The translations under genes were made by a program, and so were the position numbers. DNA of 64,000 nucleotides from Clostridia bacterium (lineage in GTDB: Bacteria > Bacillota > Clostridia > Christensenellales > UBA1242), in assembly GCA_017531805.1 (NCBI GenBank), contig JAFXKG010000002.1:8817-72816 (forward strand). The letters are read 5' to 3'. The notes beneath the pieces were generated by a model that did not search any database, was not told the DNA's origin, and worked only from the letters and a program-made list of their open reading frames with translations. Every line of letters begins with the position of its first letter. Position 1 is the stretch's first letter. This document shows, piece by piece, positions 47,726 to 57,678 of the stretch.

Positions 47726-48963
47726 TGAAGAAAAATCCATTTATCAGTTTTATTGTTTGCCTATTTGCACTGATTTTAGGTGTTGGCGGTGGTGCGGTTG
47801 GTATAACTTATGCCACAATGCCAGAAACCGAAGAACTTGTTGTTGGCGAAGAAGTTTATTACACTTACAATGGCACAGGTGTTTCAAACGTACCGTTGGA
47901 TAGCGCTGGTCAAGGTTTGTCTGTGCATTTTCTTGAACTTGGCAATAAATACACAGGAGACTGTACATATATCAAGTATGGCGACGTTGATATTTTAATT
48001 GACTGTGGCTCTAAATCTAGCAGTATTTCTACAGTTAGTGAATATTTAAAAACTTATATGGGTGAAGATAACAAGATAGATTATTGCATTGTAACTCATG
48101 CGCATACAGACCACTATGCAGGTTTTGCAACTGGAACAAAAGTGCAAGGCATTTATGATTTGTTTGATTTTGGTACAATTATTGATTTTGGATCTGCCAC
48201 AAACAAAGATAAAGACAGCGGTATGCTAAAAAAATATATTGACAATCGTGACGATGCTATAGAGCGTTGTGATGCTGAATATTTTGATGTATCTGTCAGT
48301 GCTTTAAAAGGCAACAACAAGATTTACAATATTGGTGCAAATAATGAAGTGCAATTGGAAATTTTATACAACAGATATTACAATCACAAAATAAATGGTA
48401 CAGAAAATAATTATTCTGTGTGTGTAATGTTGAAATTTGATGATAAAGAATTTCTTTTTACAGGAGATTTGGAAGAACACGGCAGCAGTGCAGAAACTTA
48501 TTTGCTAGAAGATAACGAAAGTTTAAAAGATATTGCTAACAGCAGTGACGGAGTTGAACTTTATAAGGCAGGACATCACGGCAGTTCAACATCTTCAAGC
48601 AAAAATTTTATTGACGCAATAAAACCAGAAGTTGTGTGCGTATGTTGCTGTGCGGGCAGTCCAGAATATACTGACGATGTGGACAAAATGTTTCCAACTA
48701 CATCATTTATAGAAACTATCGCGCCACATACACAAGATATATTTGTAACTTCTCTTTGTGTAGATTGGAAAAATGACGAATACACTTCAATGAACGGAAA
48801 CATAGTGGTTATCGCCATAGCAGAGCAAGAAAAATTAGGTATAAATTGCTCGAATAACGACCAAATTTTACGAAAACAAGAGTGGTTTAACAGAACAATT
48901 ACAGTAGATGGCATTGAACGCGCTATGCGAACATGGCCACCAAATGGAGTGGTAATAGATTAA
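47725..48963 (+). CDS. ComEC/Rec2-like metallo-beta-lactamase fold hydrolase
   Basis: LIDCG, THAHTDH, N.YS, FTGD, GHHGS motifs; N-terminal TM. Confidence 0.85.
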   Translation: MKKNPFISFIVCLFALILGVGGGAVGITYATMPETEELVVGEEVYYTYNGTGVSNVPLDSAGQGLSVHFLELGNKYTGDCTYIKYGDVDILIDCGSKSSSISTVSEYLKTYMGEDNKIDYCIVTHAHTDHYAGFATGTKVQGIYDLFDFGTIIDFGSATNKDKDSGMLKKYIDNRDDAIERCDAEYFDVSVSALKGNNKIYNIGANNEVQLEILYNRYYNHKINGTENNYSVCVMLKFDDKEFLFTGDLEEHGSSAETYLLEDNESLKDIANSSDGVELYKAGHHGSSTSSSKNFIDAIKPEVVCVCCCAGSPEYTDDVDKMFPTTSFIETIAPHTQDIFVTSLCVDWKNDEYTSMNGNIVVIAIAEQEKLGINCSNNDQILRKQEWFNRTITVDGIERAMRTWPPNGVVID

Positions 48964-48973
48964 TATTAAAAAT

Positions 48974-49004
48974 AAAAAACGAGATTGAATTATCTCGCTT
49001 TTTT
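48974..49004. terminator. bidirectional intrinsic terminator
   Basis: AAAAAACGAGAT...ATCTCGCTTTTTT. Confidence 0.7.
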
Positions 49005-49018
49005 AATACTTAAATAAG

Positions 49019-49570
49019 TTATCCTTTACGTGTAAATATGTTTACAAATCTTGCAAGGGTAAGAGTGATAGAATTGCAGTGTTTTATACCAATCGTTTTA
49101 AAAACTGCTTTACCAAAAATAGTTATACCTGCAATTACTGCAGAAACTAAAGAAGCAATCAGTACGGTTTTGAAATCTCCGTTTGAAGCAATTGTAATTT
49201 TTGCAACAATGCTTGCACCAGCGGCGCCGGACAAAATACCACAAACATCTCCAATAACATCACAAATCGAGCCAACTTTATCTGCTTTTTTGATTAAGTG
49301 TAGTGCTTGTTTGCTACCTTTAACCTTCCTTGCACTCATAGCGGTAAAAGGCTCTATAGAGCAAGATGCAACAGCTAAACCTATCATGTCAAAAAGTATA
49401 CTGATTGAAACAAACACCATAATAACAAGTATGGCAACAAATATTGTGGCGCGAGAAAGTGAAATTTCACTTAAAATGCCAAAACCAAACGAAATAGTAA
49501 AAGCCAGTATTAAAATTAAAACTGGCCACAACCATTGTTTTTTAGATTTTGTATTTTTTTCTGTTTTCAT
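49019..49570 (-). CDS. oapA: OLE-associated protein A (DUF21/CNNM-like membrane protein)
   Basis: Four TMs; FD.IG.AV, PF.AM.A.KV.G, CDVIGD.CG..SG motifs; directly downstream of the OLE-like RNA. Confidence 0.8.
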   Translation of the reverse strand: MKTEKNTKSKKQWLWPVLILILAFTISFGFGILSEISLSRATIFVAILVIMVFVSISILFDMIGLAVASCSIEPFTAMSARKVKGSKQALHLIKKADKVGSICDVIGDVCGILSGAAGASIVAKITIASNGDFKTVLIASLVSAVIAGITIFGKAVFKTIGIKHCNSITLTLARFVNIFTRKG

Positions 49571-49606
49571 ATTATTTAAAATGCTTATGCATATAATTTA
49601 CAAACA

Positions 49607-50189
49607 ACGAAGGTAACGCCATGAGTAAACCTTGCGGCATAGGTTCGGTTGGATTTCCCAATTTTGCACTTTGCAGTTACCCACAAAGCAGTTTCCTTTT
49701 ACGCAAAACCTTTCACCGAATCACCACTTAGACCACACTATAATCCCCACAGCGTCTCGAGATGAACAGTCTAGAAGTTTCCCTTAACAACATCAATTAA
49801 CCTTATCTTTATTTTGCGAACAAAATTTCAAAAGCAACTTGTAATCAAACTTGTACTTTGTTGTGAAAACAAGTTGGCGCTTTATCCCAATATGTACACT
49901 CAAAGCAGGCTACACTGCACACGGCTTTCGTCACATGCAGGTTTCTTACCCTTGCGATAAATTGCGGACATGTAAAATAAATCCATGTATCCGTTTTTTA
50001 CCCACTTGGGTCTCCGCGAAAATTGGGTTTAAGTATGTATGCCGTTACACACGACCCAAAAATCTTAACTCCCAGCACCAGCCCCAGTTTGGGCAACCAA
50101 GGCCAGCACCACGAACTTCATAGTTGTGCCAGCGATGCTTGTTTCGGCATCCTCGATTAATCTAGTTGACTAGAATACTGCACCTTCGT
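49607..50189 (-). ncRNA. OLE RNA (ornate, large, extremophilic)
   Basis: About 580-nt GC-richer non-coding tract; 5' GGTGCAGTATTCTAGTC, GCAGTGTAGCCTGC and CTGTGGGGATTATAGTG segments recalled as OLE-like; terminal pairing ACGAAGGT/ACCTTCGT; oapA follows. Confidence 0.82.
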
Positions 50190-50197
50190 ATAACTAT

Positions 50198-50226
50198 ATA
50201 TTAACATAAAGCAAGAAAAATGTCAA
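50198..50226 (-). promoter_or_regulatory. sigma-A promoter for ole-oapA
   Basis: TTGACA - 17 bp - TAATAT with extended -10 TG. Confidence 0.7.
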
Positions 50227-50250
50227 CAATTTAAAATTAATGAAAAATCA

Positions 50251-50457
50251 TTAAAAAACTTCTTCAATACCAAAAAATTCATTTGGGGTAACACCAAATT
50301 TTTCATAAAATGCTAAAATGTGCTCATATCTAGGATGTTTTTTACCCAACAACCATTGGCTTATCGTTGTTTGATTAACTCCAATTATTTGTGCTAGGCC
50401 AAATTGGCTTAAATTGTTTTTTATCATAACATCCTTAATTATATCTATATATTTCAT
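50251..50457 (-). CDS. XRE family helix-turn-helix regulator
   Basis: LSQ..LA..IGV.Q.TISQW..G...P motif. Confidence 0.8.
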   Translation of the reverse strand: MKYIDIIKDVMIKNNLSQFGLAQIIGVNQTTISQWLLGKKHPRYEHILAFYEKFGVTPNEFFGIEEVF

Positions 50458-50680
50458 ATATTTACATTTTTACATTTTTTAGGTCAAAAGACTTGACTTA
50501 GGTCTTTTAACCTGATATTATAATAATGTAAAAATCAAAAAATATGCATTATGTTATTATTTGACAAAATTTTTAAAAGACATTTAATAAATTTTAATTA
50601 ATATTCGCAAATGTTTGATTTTTATAAAAATGTGAGATATAATAATTATATCTAATTCATATTATAACAAGGAGGAAAAT

Positions 50681-52879
50681 ATGAAAAAATTAAAAATTGC
50701 TTTATGTGCTTTGCTAGTTTTGTGTTCGGGTGTTTTATTTGCAGCATGTGGAGAAAAGGAAGATCCGCTTGCAGTTTTTGATACAACAAAGATAACAGTG
50801 GCAAATATAGAATCAACATACGACGGCAACTCACATATCTTTACTGTAGCATATGAAGAAGTTGATTTGGCAGTTGAATATTCTATAGACAACATGCAAA
50901 CATTTAAACCTGCTTCACAAATGCAATTGATTAATGCAGATACTTATTCTGTTTATTACAGAATTTCTGCAAATGGTTATGAAACTTATACTTCTGCAAA
51001 TCCTATAAGTTACGTAATTAATCCAAGAAATATCACTCTTGAACTTGAAGATGCTTATGATTTAATGGATGCGTATACTGATGCTGAATCTGAACAAGAT
51101 GTTATTAATGCATTAAAGGAATCTGATTCATTAGATTTTGTTACAACTAGTGGTAGTATTTTAATGGAAGATAAGAACAATCTTGACATTAGTTATGACT
51201 TGGTCGATTTCGATCTAAATGCAGTGCAAGCTAATGATGAATATGCTATCACTGCAACAGTTGGCAACACTAACTATAATGCAACTATTGTAAATGGATC
51301 TTATACTGTTTATGGCTCATTTAATGATATGGTTGCTTTGGCAAATGAAGGCGATACAATCAAGCTTAATTCTAATGTAAAATTAACAAATTGTCTTAAC
51401 ATTACAAAATCAATTACTATTGATGGTCAAGGTTTGTATTCTATCACAAATGCAGATAATTATACTGATAGACAAATGATGTATATTGCAGAAGGTGTAG
51501 ATGCAACTCTTACGCTTAAAAATGTAAAAATTGATGGTAATCAAAAATCTCGTGGTGTACATGCAAAATCTGGTAAAGTTGTTATTGATGGTGCAGAAGT
51601 TACAAACTGTAAAGCTGTTGGTGGTGACGAAATTTATAACTTCGTAGGCGGTGTGTACATTTCTTACGATGCTGAGTTTGAAATGTCAAGCGGTAAAATC
51701 CAAGGTAACTATGTTGGTGAAAATTATGTAAATGATAATTATCTTGAATATACTTCAGACTTGTGGATCGGTGCGAACGCGCATGGTGTAATCAACTCAA
51801 CAATTACTGGCGGTACAATTGGAAACTTGTTTGTAAATGCTAACAAATACAGTGCATCAAATGCTGGCGACTTTACAATAGATGGCGGTACAATCGATAA
51901 TGTTTATGTAGAGTATGAAGAAAATTATGGTGCGAAATTAATTTATAACGATGGTGTTATCAACAATTTGATGGTATCTACTGTTGTTACAGGTGAAGCT
52001 GCAGTGATTTCTGGCATTGTAAAAGGTTCAACTATTGTAGGTGGTATTGTTGCAAGTGCAACTGTTGGTGAAGTGACATCAACATTTACAACTCCAGAAG
52101 CAGCTTTGTCATACGTGGCACAAAATCCAACTGCTTATGTTAAAGCCTATTTAACTGGAGCTGTTGCATTTAGTCAAAATCTTCCTATGGTTAATGAAAT
52201 TGTTTTGATTGGTGACTTTACATTACCATCAATGCAAACAATTACCAAGTCAGTGATTATCAACGGACAAGGTAGATTTACTATTACTGCGTCTAAATCA
52301 TTTAATGGCGATCAAATGCTTTATGTTTCTAATGCAAAAGCAGAAGTAACATTAAAAGATGTTACTCTTGATGGTAACGATGTAACTAGAGTAATAAAAG
52401 CAGATGCTGGTAAATTGACTATTGACGGTGCAACAATTACTAATGGTATGTCGTCTTCTTTTGTTGGTGGTGTATTTATTACTAACGCTGCAAAATTTGA
52501 AATGATAAAAGGCACTATTACAGGCAATAGTTATGTTGGTGCAAGTGACGCTGACGAATATTATAAAGTTTATAGTGCAGACTTGTGGATTGGTGCAAAC
52601 GCAGAAGGTAGTTTGGCAGCAATCAATGGTGGTACTGTAGGTAAAATTTATGTAAATGCTAATGAATATAGCGCAACAAACAAAGGGTTTTTCACAATGA
52701 ACAATGGTGAAGTTGAAAGTGTTTATGTGGAATTTGACAAAACATTTGGCGCAGATTTCAACTTTGTTGGTGGCGAAATTGAAAAACTATACTTATCTAC
52801 AGAAACAACAGGTGTTGCTCAATTGATTGAAAATCCTACAACAGGTTCTTATGTTGGTGGAACAGGTATTGTAGAATAA
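50681..52879 (+). CDS. surface lipoprotein with two tandem beta-helix-like repeats
   Basis: Lipobox FAAC; duplicated unit ITKS..I.GQG...DLWIGANA.G...VNAN.YSA.N.G.F. Confidence 0.8.
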   Translation: MKKLKIALCALLVLCSGVLFAACGEKEDPLAVFDTTKITVANIESTYDGNSHIFTVAYEEVDLAVEYSIDNMQTFKPASQMQLINADTYSVYYRISANGYETYTSANPISYVINPRNITLELEDAYDLMDAYTDAESEQDVINALKESDSLDFVTTSGSILMEDKNNLDISYDLVDFDLNAVQANDEYAITATVGNTNYNATIVNGSYTVYGSFNDMVALANEGDTIKLNSNVKLTNCLNITKSITIDGQGLYSITNADNYTDRQMMYIAEGVDATLTLKNVKIDGNQKSRGVHAKSGKVVIDGAEVTNCKAVGGDEIYNFVGGVYISYDAEFEMSSGKIQGNYVGENYVNDNYLEYTSDLWIGANAHGVINSTITGGTIGNLFVNANKYSASNAGDFTIDGGTIDNVYVEYEENYGAKLIYNDGVINNLMVSTVVTGEAAVISGIVKGSTIVGGIVASATVGEVTSTFTTPEAALSYVAQNPTAYVKAYLTGAVAFSQNLPMVNEIVLIGDFTLPSMQTITKSVIINGQGRFTITASKSFNGDQMLYVSNAKAEVTLKDVTLDGNDVTRVIKADAGKLTIDGATITNGMSSSFVGGVFITNAAKFEMIKGTITGNSYVGASDADEYYKVYSADLWIGANAEGSLAAINGGTVGKIYVNANEYSATNKGFFTMNNGEVESVYVEFDKTFGADFNFVGGEIEKLYLSTETTGVAQLIENPTTGSYVGGTGIVE

Positions 52880-52886
52880 GCAATAT

Positions 52887-52916
52887 AAAAAAACGATGAG
52901 TTATCATCGTTTTTTT
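52887..52916. terminator. bidirectional intrinsic terminator
   Basis: AAAAAAACGATGA-gtta-TCATCGTTTTTTT. Confidence 0.82.
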
Positions 52917-52956
52917 ATGCCCATAATCAAAGATAAAAGGAAAGAGTTATATTAAT

Positions 52957-53706
52957 TTATAAAAATAATAAGATAACCAAACTTAAAACAATTAAATAAA
53001 TGCTGAAATAGTATAGCTTGTTTTTCTTTAATAATTTTAACATTATTTTTATTGATAAGATACCAAAGATAAATGAAGATAATATAACAATAAATATACC
53101 CATCCAGTTTATTGTAATTTGACAAGAAAATAGTTTAATTGTTTCGTATGCTGCGCTGGCTATAATTATTGGTATACTCATAAGGAAGGAAAAATCAAGT
53201 GCTTGATTTTTTTCTACTCCTACAAGCAAACCTGTCACCAATGTAGAGCCACTGCGCGATATGCCTGGTAAAAGAGCCAAACCTTGAGATAATCCCATAT
53301 ACAATGCAGACCGTTTTGTTATTGGTTTTAAACTATCTTTTTTAAAGTCTGCAACAACTAGCAATACAGCAGATATTAAAAACCCCCAAACAAGTGTTTT
53401 TGTGGAAAAGTTATTTTCAAAAAAGCGGTTAAACAACAAAAATATAATCACTGTTGGTATTGTTGCTATTATTAAATTTAAATTTGTTTTGTTAAAAGGG
53501 TGGCGTACAAGTTCAAAAATCTTTTTTCTGTAGCAGTACAGCACTGCAAAAAGTGTACCAATGTGTGCTACAACGCTTATTAATAACAGGTTGTCCAATT
53601 CAAAAAGAGAGCCAAACAACACAATATGCCCACTGCTTGATATTGGCAAAAATTCTGTTATTCCTTGTATAAATCCTATTAAAATGTAGTTAATTATATT
53701 TTTCAC
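52957..53706 (-). CDS. uppP: undecaprenyl-diphosphate phosphatase
   Basis: QGITEFLPISSSGH, PGISRSG, FSFLMSIP motifs. Confidence 0.94.
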   Translation of the reverse strand: MKNIINYILIGFIQGITEFLPISSSGHIVLFGSLFELDNLLLISVVAHIGTLFAVLYCYRKKIFELVRHPFNKTNLNLIIATIPTVIIFLLFNRFFENNFSTKTLVWGFLISAVLLVVADFKKDSLKPITKRSALYMGLSQGLALLPGISRSGSTLVTGLLVGVEKNQALDFSFLMSIPIIIASAAYETIKLFSCQITINWMGIFIVILSSFIFGILSIKIMLKLLKKNKLYYFSIYLIVLSLVILLFL

Positions 53707-53789
53707 TTGAAATTTTCCTTATTTTATTATATTATATATATCGAAATTATATGTGATAAAAACATTATTGACATTTAAAAGGAAATTAT

Positions 53790-54884
53790 ATGAAATTAGG
53801 AGTTGTTGGTTTGCCAAATGTGGGCAAAAGCACATTATTTAATGCAATTACAAAAGCGGGAGCAGAGTCTGCAAACTATCCGTTTTGTACAATAGAACCA
53901 AATGTAGGAGTTGTAGACGTTTTAGACAACAGATTAAACGAACTTGCACATCTTTACAATACAAATAAAGTTATACCCGCACAAATAGAGTTTGTGGACA
54001 TTGCTGGGCTTGTTAAAGGTGCAAGCGAAGGTGCCGGCTTGGGTAACAAATTTTTAAGTCATATTAAAGAAGTGGATGCAATTGTGCATGTGGTAAGATG
54101 TTTTAAAAACGATAAAATTATTCATGTGGAAGGTAGTGTTGACCCAATTAGAGATATCGAAACTATCAATTTGGAATTGATTTTGGCAGATATAGACACT
54201 GTTACAAAGCGTATGGAAAAACTTAAAAAAGTTGTTCATGGTGGTTCTGCAGATTTGCAGTCTCAAAAAGAATATCAGTTGCTAACACAAATTTTAGAAC
54301 TTTTAAAAGCGCAAAAACCAGCAAGGATGCTTAATGTTGATGCGGAAGACAAAAAGATTGTTGATGGTTTTTTCCTTATCACTACAAAGCCTATCATTTA
54401 TGTTGCAAATACATCTGACGAAGTGGATGATTTTCAACAAGGCAATATACAAAAAATAAAAGAGATTGCAAAACAAGAAAATGCCGAAGTAATTTCGCTT
54501 TGTGCAAAGACAGAAGAAGAACTTGTAAATATGCCAGCAGAAGATAGAGAGATGTTTAAAATGGAACTTGGTTTGGATGTTTCTGGTTTAGACAAATTGA
54601 TAGTAGCAAGTTATCATTTGCTTGGTCTTATCAGTTATATTACAGCAGGCGAAAAAGAAGTGCGTGCTTGGACAATCAAACGTGGCACATTGGCACCACA
54701 AGCGGCTGGTAAAATTCACACTGATTTTGAGCGTGGATTTATTCGTGCAGATGTTGTTAAGTATGACGATTTAATTTCTTTAGGCGACTACAACGCTTGC
54801 AGAGAAAAAGGTAAAATCATCAGTGCAGGCAAAGATTATGTTGTGCAAGATGGCGATATAATTGTGTTTAAATTTAATGTATAG
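53790..54884 (+). CDS. ychF: redox-regulated ATPase YchF
   Basis: GLPNVGKST, NYPFCTIEPN, DIAGLV.GAS.G.GLGN.FL, IHTDFE.GFIRA motifs. Confidence 0.96.
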   Translation: MKLGVVGLPNVGKSTLFNAITKAGAESANYPFCTIEPNVGVVDVLDNRLNELAHLYNTNKVIPAQIEFVDIAGLVKGASEGAGLGNKFLSHIKEVDAIVHVVRCFKNDKIIHVEGSVDPIRDIETINLELILADIDTVTKRMEKLKKVVHGGSADLQSQKEYQLLTQILELLKAQKPARMLNVDAEDKKIVDGFFLITTKPIIYVANTSDEVDDFQQGNIQKIKEIAKQENAEVISLCAKTEEELVNMPAEDREMFKMELGLDVSGLDKLIVASYHLLGLISYITAGEKEVRAWTIKRGTLAPQAAGKIHTDFERGFIRADVVKYDDLISLGDYNACREKGKIISAGKDYVVQDGDIIVFKFNV

Positions 54885-54893
54885 GAGTTTGTT

Positions 54894-55406
54894 TTGAAAA
54901 AGAAAAAAGATTTAACAAAACCTAAAGATGAAAAAATAAGAGATATCGAAATTGACAAACAAAAACACTTGTTAGAACTTGGTCTTTTGATTGTTTTGTT
55001 TAATTTGTTTTTGATTGGGGCTGTTACAAGATTGGGTACATATATCAATGTTTGGTATGTGTGGTTAATCAATGGTATTTTGACGATATATTGCATTATT
55101 CATAGCATTGTAACTATGATAAGACAATATAAAAATAATAAGTATCAATTATTTAAAGATAAGATTGTTGTAAATTCAATTTGGTATGCAACTGAAGTTG
55201 AGTATAAAGAAATTGTTAGGATGGAGTCAAAGCTAACATTTTTAGATAAATTTGCAACAAAACATACATGTTCTTTAGTGATTATTTTTGGTCAGGATAG
55301 ACACAGAATTGTATTACACAGAATAACAGAAGATATCAACAAATTAATTAAAGAAATTGACAAACTTAAAAAGTTGCAAGAAAAGAAACAAAAAACCGAA
55401 GAATAA
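54894..55406 (+). CDS. membrane protein (two TMs plus soluble domain)
   Basis: AGGAG RBS plus TTG; hydrophobic N-terminal half. Confidence 0.65.
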   Translation: MKKKKDLTKPKDEKIRDIEIDKQKHLLELGLLIVLFNLFLIGAVTRLGTYINVWYVWLINGILTIYCIIHSIVTMIRQYKNNKYQLFKDKIVVNSIWYATEVEYKEIVRMESKLTFLDKFATKHTCSLVIIFGQDRHRIVLHRITEDINKLIKEIDKLKKLQEKKQKTEE

Positions 55407-55423
55407 TGTCTTCGGTTTTTTTT
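55390..55423. terminator. bidirectional intrinsic terminator
   Basis: AAAAAACCGAAGA...TCTTCGGTTTTTTT. Confidence 0.75.
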
Positions 55424-55429
55424 ATAATA

Positions 55430-56659
55430 TTAATTACATTTAATCAACAAGTAATTTTTCTTGCCTTTTTTGAACAATATTCCATCTTGTAATTGAGTTT
55501 TATTTACAACAAGTGTTGCGTCAGTGATAGTTTCGCCATCCATAGACAAACCTTTTTGGTCTATCAATCTGCGAGCTTCACCTTTAGATTGAACAAATTT
55601 TGCGTTTAACAACAAATCTAAAACGCCAATTTCATTTGTTGATAATTCAATTTCACAAGTAGGAGCGTTGTCTTTGTTGATAGTGTTAGAAGCAAACAAA
55701 TTTGCGCTCATAGTTTCTGCTTCGATTGCATCTTGCTCTCCGCGTATAAACTTGGTGATTTCAAAAGCCAAACGCTTTTTAGATTTTACAATATCTTGTT
55801 TTATAAGTTCACGCACTTCTTCCATTGGGATATCTGTAAATAGTGCAAACATCATTTCTACACATGCATCTGGTGTTTGATAAATGCCTTGATAAAAATC
55901 GTATGCAGTAATTTTATCTTTTTCAATCCAAATTGCACCTTTTTCTGTCTTGCCCATTTTTTTGCCTTCTGGTGTAAGCAATAGTGGGTTTGTGGCACCA
56001 ATCATAACACGATTTTTACCATCTAAGAAATTCATTTTTCTGCCAAGTTCTGTACCTGCAACAATGTTTCCCCATTGGTCAGCACCACCCCATTGAAGGT
56101 TACAACCATGTGCTTTGTTTAGATATAAGAAATCGTATGCTTGCATTAGCATGTATCCCATTTCAAAGAAAGTTAAGCCGCCTTCTTGAATACGCTTAGC
56201 ATAAATTTCGTTTGTCATCATTTTGTTTACATTAAAGTGTACACCAACATCACGCATAAAGTTTACATAGTCGTATCCAGCAAACCAATCTGCATTGTTG
56301 ACAATGATTGCAGGGTTTTCACCATCAAAATCTAAAAATTTGCTATAAGCACGCTTGATGCCTTCAATATTGTGTGCAAGTTGTTCTTTTGACAACATTG
56401 GGCGCATATCTGTTTTGCCTGTAGGGTCACCGATTGCTGCAGTAGCACCACCTACAAGGATAATAACTTTATGACCAGCGCGTTGAAATCTCCTTAATAT
56501 TGTACAAGGTACGCAATGACCAATATGCAAGCTATCTGCAGTAGGGTCTGTGCCACAGTATACAGTAATTTTGCCATTAGTTAGCAATTTTTTTAATAAT
56601 TCTTCATCAGTTGATTGATATAATAAATTTCTATCTTTAAGTGTTTCGTATAAATTCAT
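55430..56659 (-). CDS. tyrS: tyrosine--tRNA ligase
   Basis: DPTADSLHIGH, QAYDF, GGADQWGN, KMGKT motifs, C-terminal S4 domain. Confidence 0.95.
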   Translation of the reverse strand: MNLYETLKDRNLLYQSTDEELLKKLLTNGKITVYCGTDPTADSLHIGHCVPCTILRRFQRAGHKVIILVGGATAAIGDPTGKTDMRPMLSKEQLAHNIEGIKRAYSKFLDFDGENPAIIVNNADWFAGYDYVNFMRDVGVHFNVNKMMTNEIYAKRIQEGGLTFFEMGYMLMQAYDFLYLNKAHGCNLQWGGADQWGNIVAGTELGRKMNFLDGKNRVMIGATNPLLLTPEGKKMGKTEKGAIWIEKDKITAYDFYQGIYQTPDACVEMMFALFTDIPMEEVRELIKQDIVKSKKRLAFEITKFIRGEQDAIEAETMSANLFASNTINKDNAPTCEIELSTNEIGVLDLLLNAKFVQSKGEARRLIDQKGLSMDGETITDATLVVNKTQLQDGILFKKGKKNYLLIKCN

Positions 56660-56669
56660 AATTTTCCTT

Positions 56670-57440
56670 TTATCTAGATTCCCATAAGTCTGATATCCAA
56701 GTTTGGATAACATTACCATTTATGATTTTTTCACCAACAAACTCGTCTGTTTTGTTGTAAACAAACTTTTCTACATAAGTGTTGTCTTGTATTATCGGAG
56801 TGATTGTTTTGTTTACCATTGGTATCAACGACAAACCTACCAAAACGCCATTTAAAACCACAATTATAAAACTGGCTTTTAGCAATCCTAAAGCAAGACC
56901 TAAAACCTTGTTAAGAGTGCCAAGTATTTTTGTTTTAGATATGTTGTCAAACAATTTTGTAAGTAATGCTACAACAATTTTCAAAACAACAAACACCAAC
57001 AAACCTGCAATAATAACCATGCAAATGTGACCTAAGTTTACGCCGACAATGCTGGCAACTGTTTCACTGCTGGACATATCAACTGATGCGTTAGAGAACA
57101 CAACTTTAATTAATTGTGCAAGTAATTTGTTTGTGTTTGCTGGTATAGATGTAATAACTTCTTCCTTGCCACCGCTAAAAGCATTTATTGCTGTACCAAA
57201 AAACTCGTTTTGCTTTGTAAGACTTGTAGCGATTTTGCCACCAATCAAACCTGTAAAATCATAAATGCCATTTATCCAACCTGCAACAAATTTTGCAGTG
57301 AATATTGCAACAATAATACAAACTACCCAACTAAAAAGTGATACAACTGATTGCAAAAATCCTTTTTTAAAACCAATTATACCAAATATCACAAGTGCAA
57401 GTACCAATGCAATATCTAAAATAAGACCAATTGTCGCCAT
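56670..57440 (-). CDS. CvpA family membrane protein
   Basis: LD.......G.IG.KKGF N-terminus and N..LG...G motif. Confidence 0.7.
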   Translation of the reverse strand: MATIGLILDIALVLALVIFGIIGFKKGFLQSVVSLFSWVVCIIVAIFTAKFVAGWINGIYDFTGLIGGKIATSLTKQNEFFGTAINAFSGGKEEVITSIPANTNKLLAQLIKVVFSNASVDMSSSETVASIVGVNLGHICMVIIAGLLVFVVLKIVVALLTKLFDNISKTKILGTLNKVLGLALGLLKASFIIVVLNGVLVGLSLIPMVNKTITPIIQDNTYVEKFVYNKTDEFVGEKIINGNVIQTWISDLWESR

Positions 57441-57678
57441 ATAATACTCCTTAATAAATTTTAACACATAAATCTGGTTTTGTAAAACCTTTTTTAATGC
57501 AAATTAATAATGTTTTGGTAATTTAATTTTTAACAACAAATGTAAAATTTTACAACTTTTTTTGATTTTTGTCATCGTGCTGATAAAATTTACATAATAG
57601 GAAAATATATTTTTTATTAATGCAAAATATTTGTTAATATTTCAAATATATGTTATAATATAGTCTATTGAGGTGAAT

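Noticed and set aside
49851-50123. 90-aa plus-strand ORF
   Set aside because: Antisense to the OLE-like RNA, no RBS, unnatural composition.
56660-57670. T-box leader for tyrS
   Set aside because: tyrS starts 10 nt after the cvpA-like gene, and I see no T-box consensus upstream of either gene.
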